A program made the translations under genes and the position numbers. From the NCBI RefSeq assembly GCF_033962415.1, contig NZ_JAVIKH010000003.1, positions 28,239 through 52,238 on the forward strand: 24,000 nucleotides of DNA, given 5' to 3'. The notes beneath the pieces were generated by a model. The model was not told the origin of the DNA and ran no database searches. It was given only the letters and a program-made list of their open reading frames with translations. Origin of the DNA: Candidatus Cetobacterium colombiensis. GTDB taxonomy: Bacteria; Fusobacteriota; Fusobacteriia; Fusobacteriales; Fusobacteriaceae. Of this stretch, positions 23,285 through 24,000 are shown one piece after another; within the stretch, counting starts at the first letter, position 1; each line of letters starts with the position of its first letter.

Positions 23285-23293
23285 ATTATATCA
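23285..23293 (-). promoter_or_regulatory. Extended -10 element (TGaTATAAT) for selC
   Basis: On the minus strand TGATATAAT ends 12 nt before the mature tRNA 5' end. The -35 region (TTTTAA at 23313-23308) is weak, and read-through from the DUF3343/yedF genes is also possible. Confidence 0.5.
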
Positions 23294-23300
23294 TAAAAAA

Positions 23301-23576
23301 TTAAAAATTAAAAGTAGAAAAATTCTTTTTAAAACCATTTTTTTCACAAAGATAGAAGCTATAAAGCTTTTCATCAATATTATTTGATTTTAAAAGTTCT
23401 AAAATTTTATGAGCATCTTTTATTGATGCTTTTAAAGAAAGTCCACAACTAGCTTTTAATTCACCTGGCAAAGGAATAATTCTTACATCAACCTCATTAT
23501 CAATTAAAAACTTTTCAACTTTCATAACTAAATGTGTAGAATCAATTGTTATAACCAAAAATTTTTCAGTGCTCAT
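23301..23576 (-). CDS. DUF3343 family protein (putative Se/S carrier-like small protein)
   Basis: 91 aa. The pattern FLVITIDSTHLVMKVEKFL...DVRIIPLPGELKASCGLSL matches the small DUF3343 family as I recall it, with a conserved Cys in xxxCGxxl. The start overlaps the yedF stop (TAATG). Confidence 0.7.
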   Translation of the reverse strand: MSTEKFLVITIDSTHLVMKVEKFLIDNEVDVRIIPLPGELKASCGLSLKASIKDAHKILELLKSNNIDEKLYSFYLCEKNGFKKNFSTFNF

Positions 23577-24000
23577 TATGGTTTAATCACCCTTGAAGCC
23601 TTCATCTGTTTATCAATTATATTATACATATTAGTAGGACTTCCAACACTTAAATTTCCTTCTAAGCTATAAAAGTTAAGACAAGCTCCACAAGATAAAA
23701 TTTCCACTCCTCTTTCTTCAAGAATTTTTAAATCTTTTATAGTAACTTCATTAGAAGCAGTTAAAAATACACCTCTATTGTAAAAAAGAATGGCTTTTGG
23801 TAGAACTTCCATTTCTGTAAGAGTATAGATAAATCCTTTCATTAAAGTTTCACCTAAAGTAGAATCACCTTCACCCATTTTATCAGAAGAAATAACAAAT
23901 ACAACATTATCTTCATTTTTAGAGTCAACAACAATTTCTTCAACAGCAATTGTTTTTGTTATTGTCACAAAAAAAACTCCATTTTCTTCTCTAGTTATAG
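23576..24000 (-). CDS. yedF: Selenium metabolism protein YedF (DsrE-like C-terminal domain visible; TusA/SirA-like N-terminal domain expected beyond the window end)
   Basis: VFVISSDKMGEGDSTLGETLMKGFIYTLTE...PKAILFYNRGVFLT...LEERGVEILSCGACLNFY...VGSPTNMYNI matches the YedF family C-terminal half. The reading frame stays open upstream of the track GTG (23968) to the window edge (...ITREENGVFFVTITK), which resembles the end of a TusA-like domain, so I call it 5'-partial. Confidence 0.75.
   Translation of the reverse strand, partial: ITREENGVFFVTITKTIAVEEIVVDSKNEDNVVFVISSDKMGEGDSTLGETLMKGFIYTLTEMEVLPKAILFYNRGVFLTASNEVTIKDLKILEERGVEILSCGACLNFYSLEGNLSVGSPTNMYNIIDKQMKASRVIKP

Noticed and set aside
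23966-23968. GTG at 23968 (GGAG 8 nt upstream) as the true start of a stand-alone 130-aa DsrE-like protein
   Set aside because: The frame remains open to the window edge. The upstream residues (...REENGVFFVTITK) look like the end of the TusA-like domain found in full-length YedF proteins. I therefore call the gene 5'-partial, though a split gene cannot be excluded without the flanking sequence.

Overview
AT-rich bacterial chromosome segment (GC not computed). Gene content suggests a Fusobacteria-like or other low-GC anaerobe, but the taxon cannot be fixed from the sequence. I support 21 CDS (two cut by the window edges), one tRNA, one riboswitch, and several promoters, terminators and operator-like repeats. 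I see no transposase, integrase, phage gene, CRISPR array or recognisable defence gene. Left to right: (1) housekeeping genes on the minus strand: partial potA-like ABC ATPase, long-form hpf, LolD/LolC-E-type ABC pair, recQ. (2) tRNA 2-selenouridine synthase (selU/mnmH) with an overlapping downstream membrane-protein ORF. (3) A tightly packed six-gene minus-strand operon behind a guanine-class purine riboswitch: NCS2 xanthine-type permease, three-subunit xanthine-dehydrogenase-family molybdenum hydroxylase (FAD, 2Fe-2S, Mo), a YqeC::MocA fusion protein, and xpt. (4) A YdhF-like aldo-keto reductase. (5) A block syntenic with the E. coli ebgR-ebgA-ebgC-ygjI-ygjK locus: LacI-family repressor, GH2 beta-galactosidase, EbgC, APC-family permease, GH63 lipoprotein. 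(6) A tRNA-Sec gene (anticodon UCA) that the ORF track cannot show, followed by a translationally coupled DUF3343/YedF selenium-metabolism pair that runs off the window end. Most notable points: markers of all three known selenium-utilisation traits lie in one 24 kb window; a YqeC::MocA fusion sits inside a riboswitch-controlled permease-XDH-xpt operon; and the complete Ebg/YgjIK cluster, whose natural substrate is unknown, is conserved together with an amino-acid-type transporter and an exported GH63 enzyme. All functional calls rest on recognising motifs and remembered homologues by eye. No database search was run.
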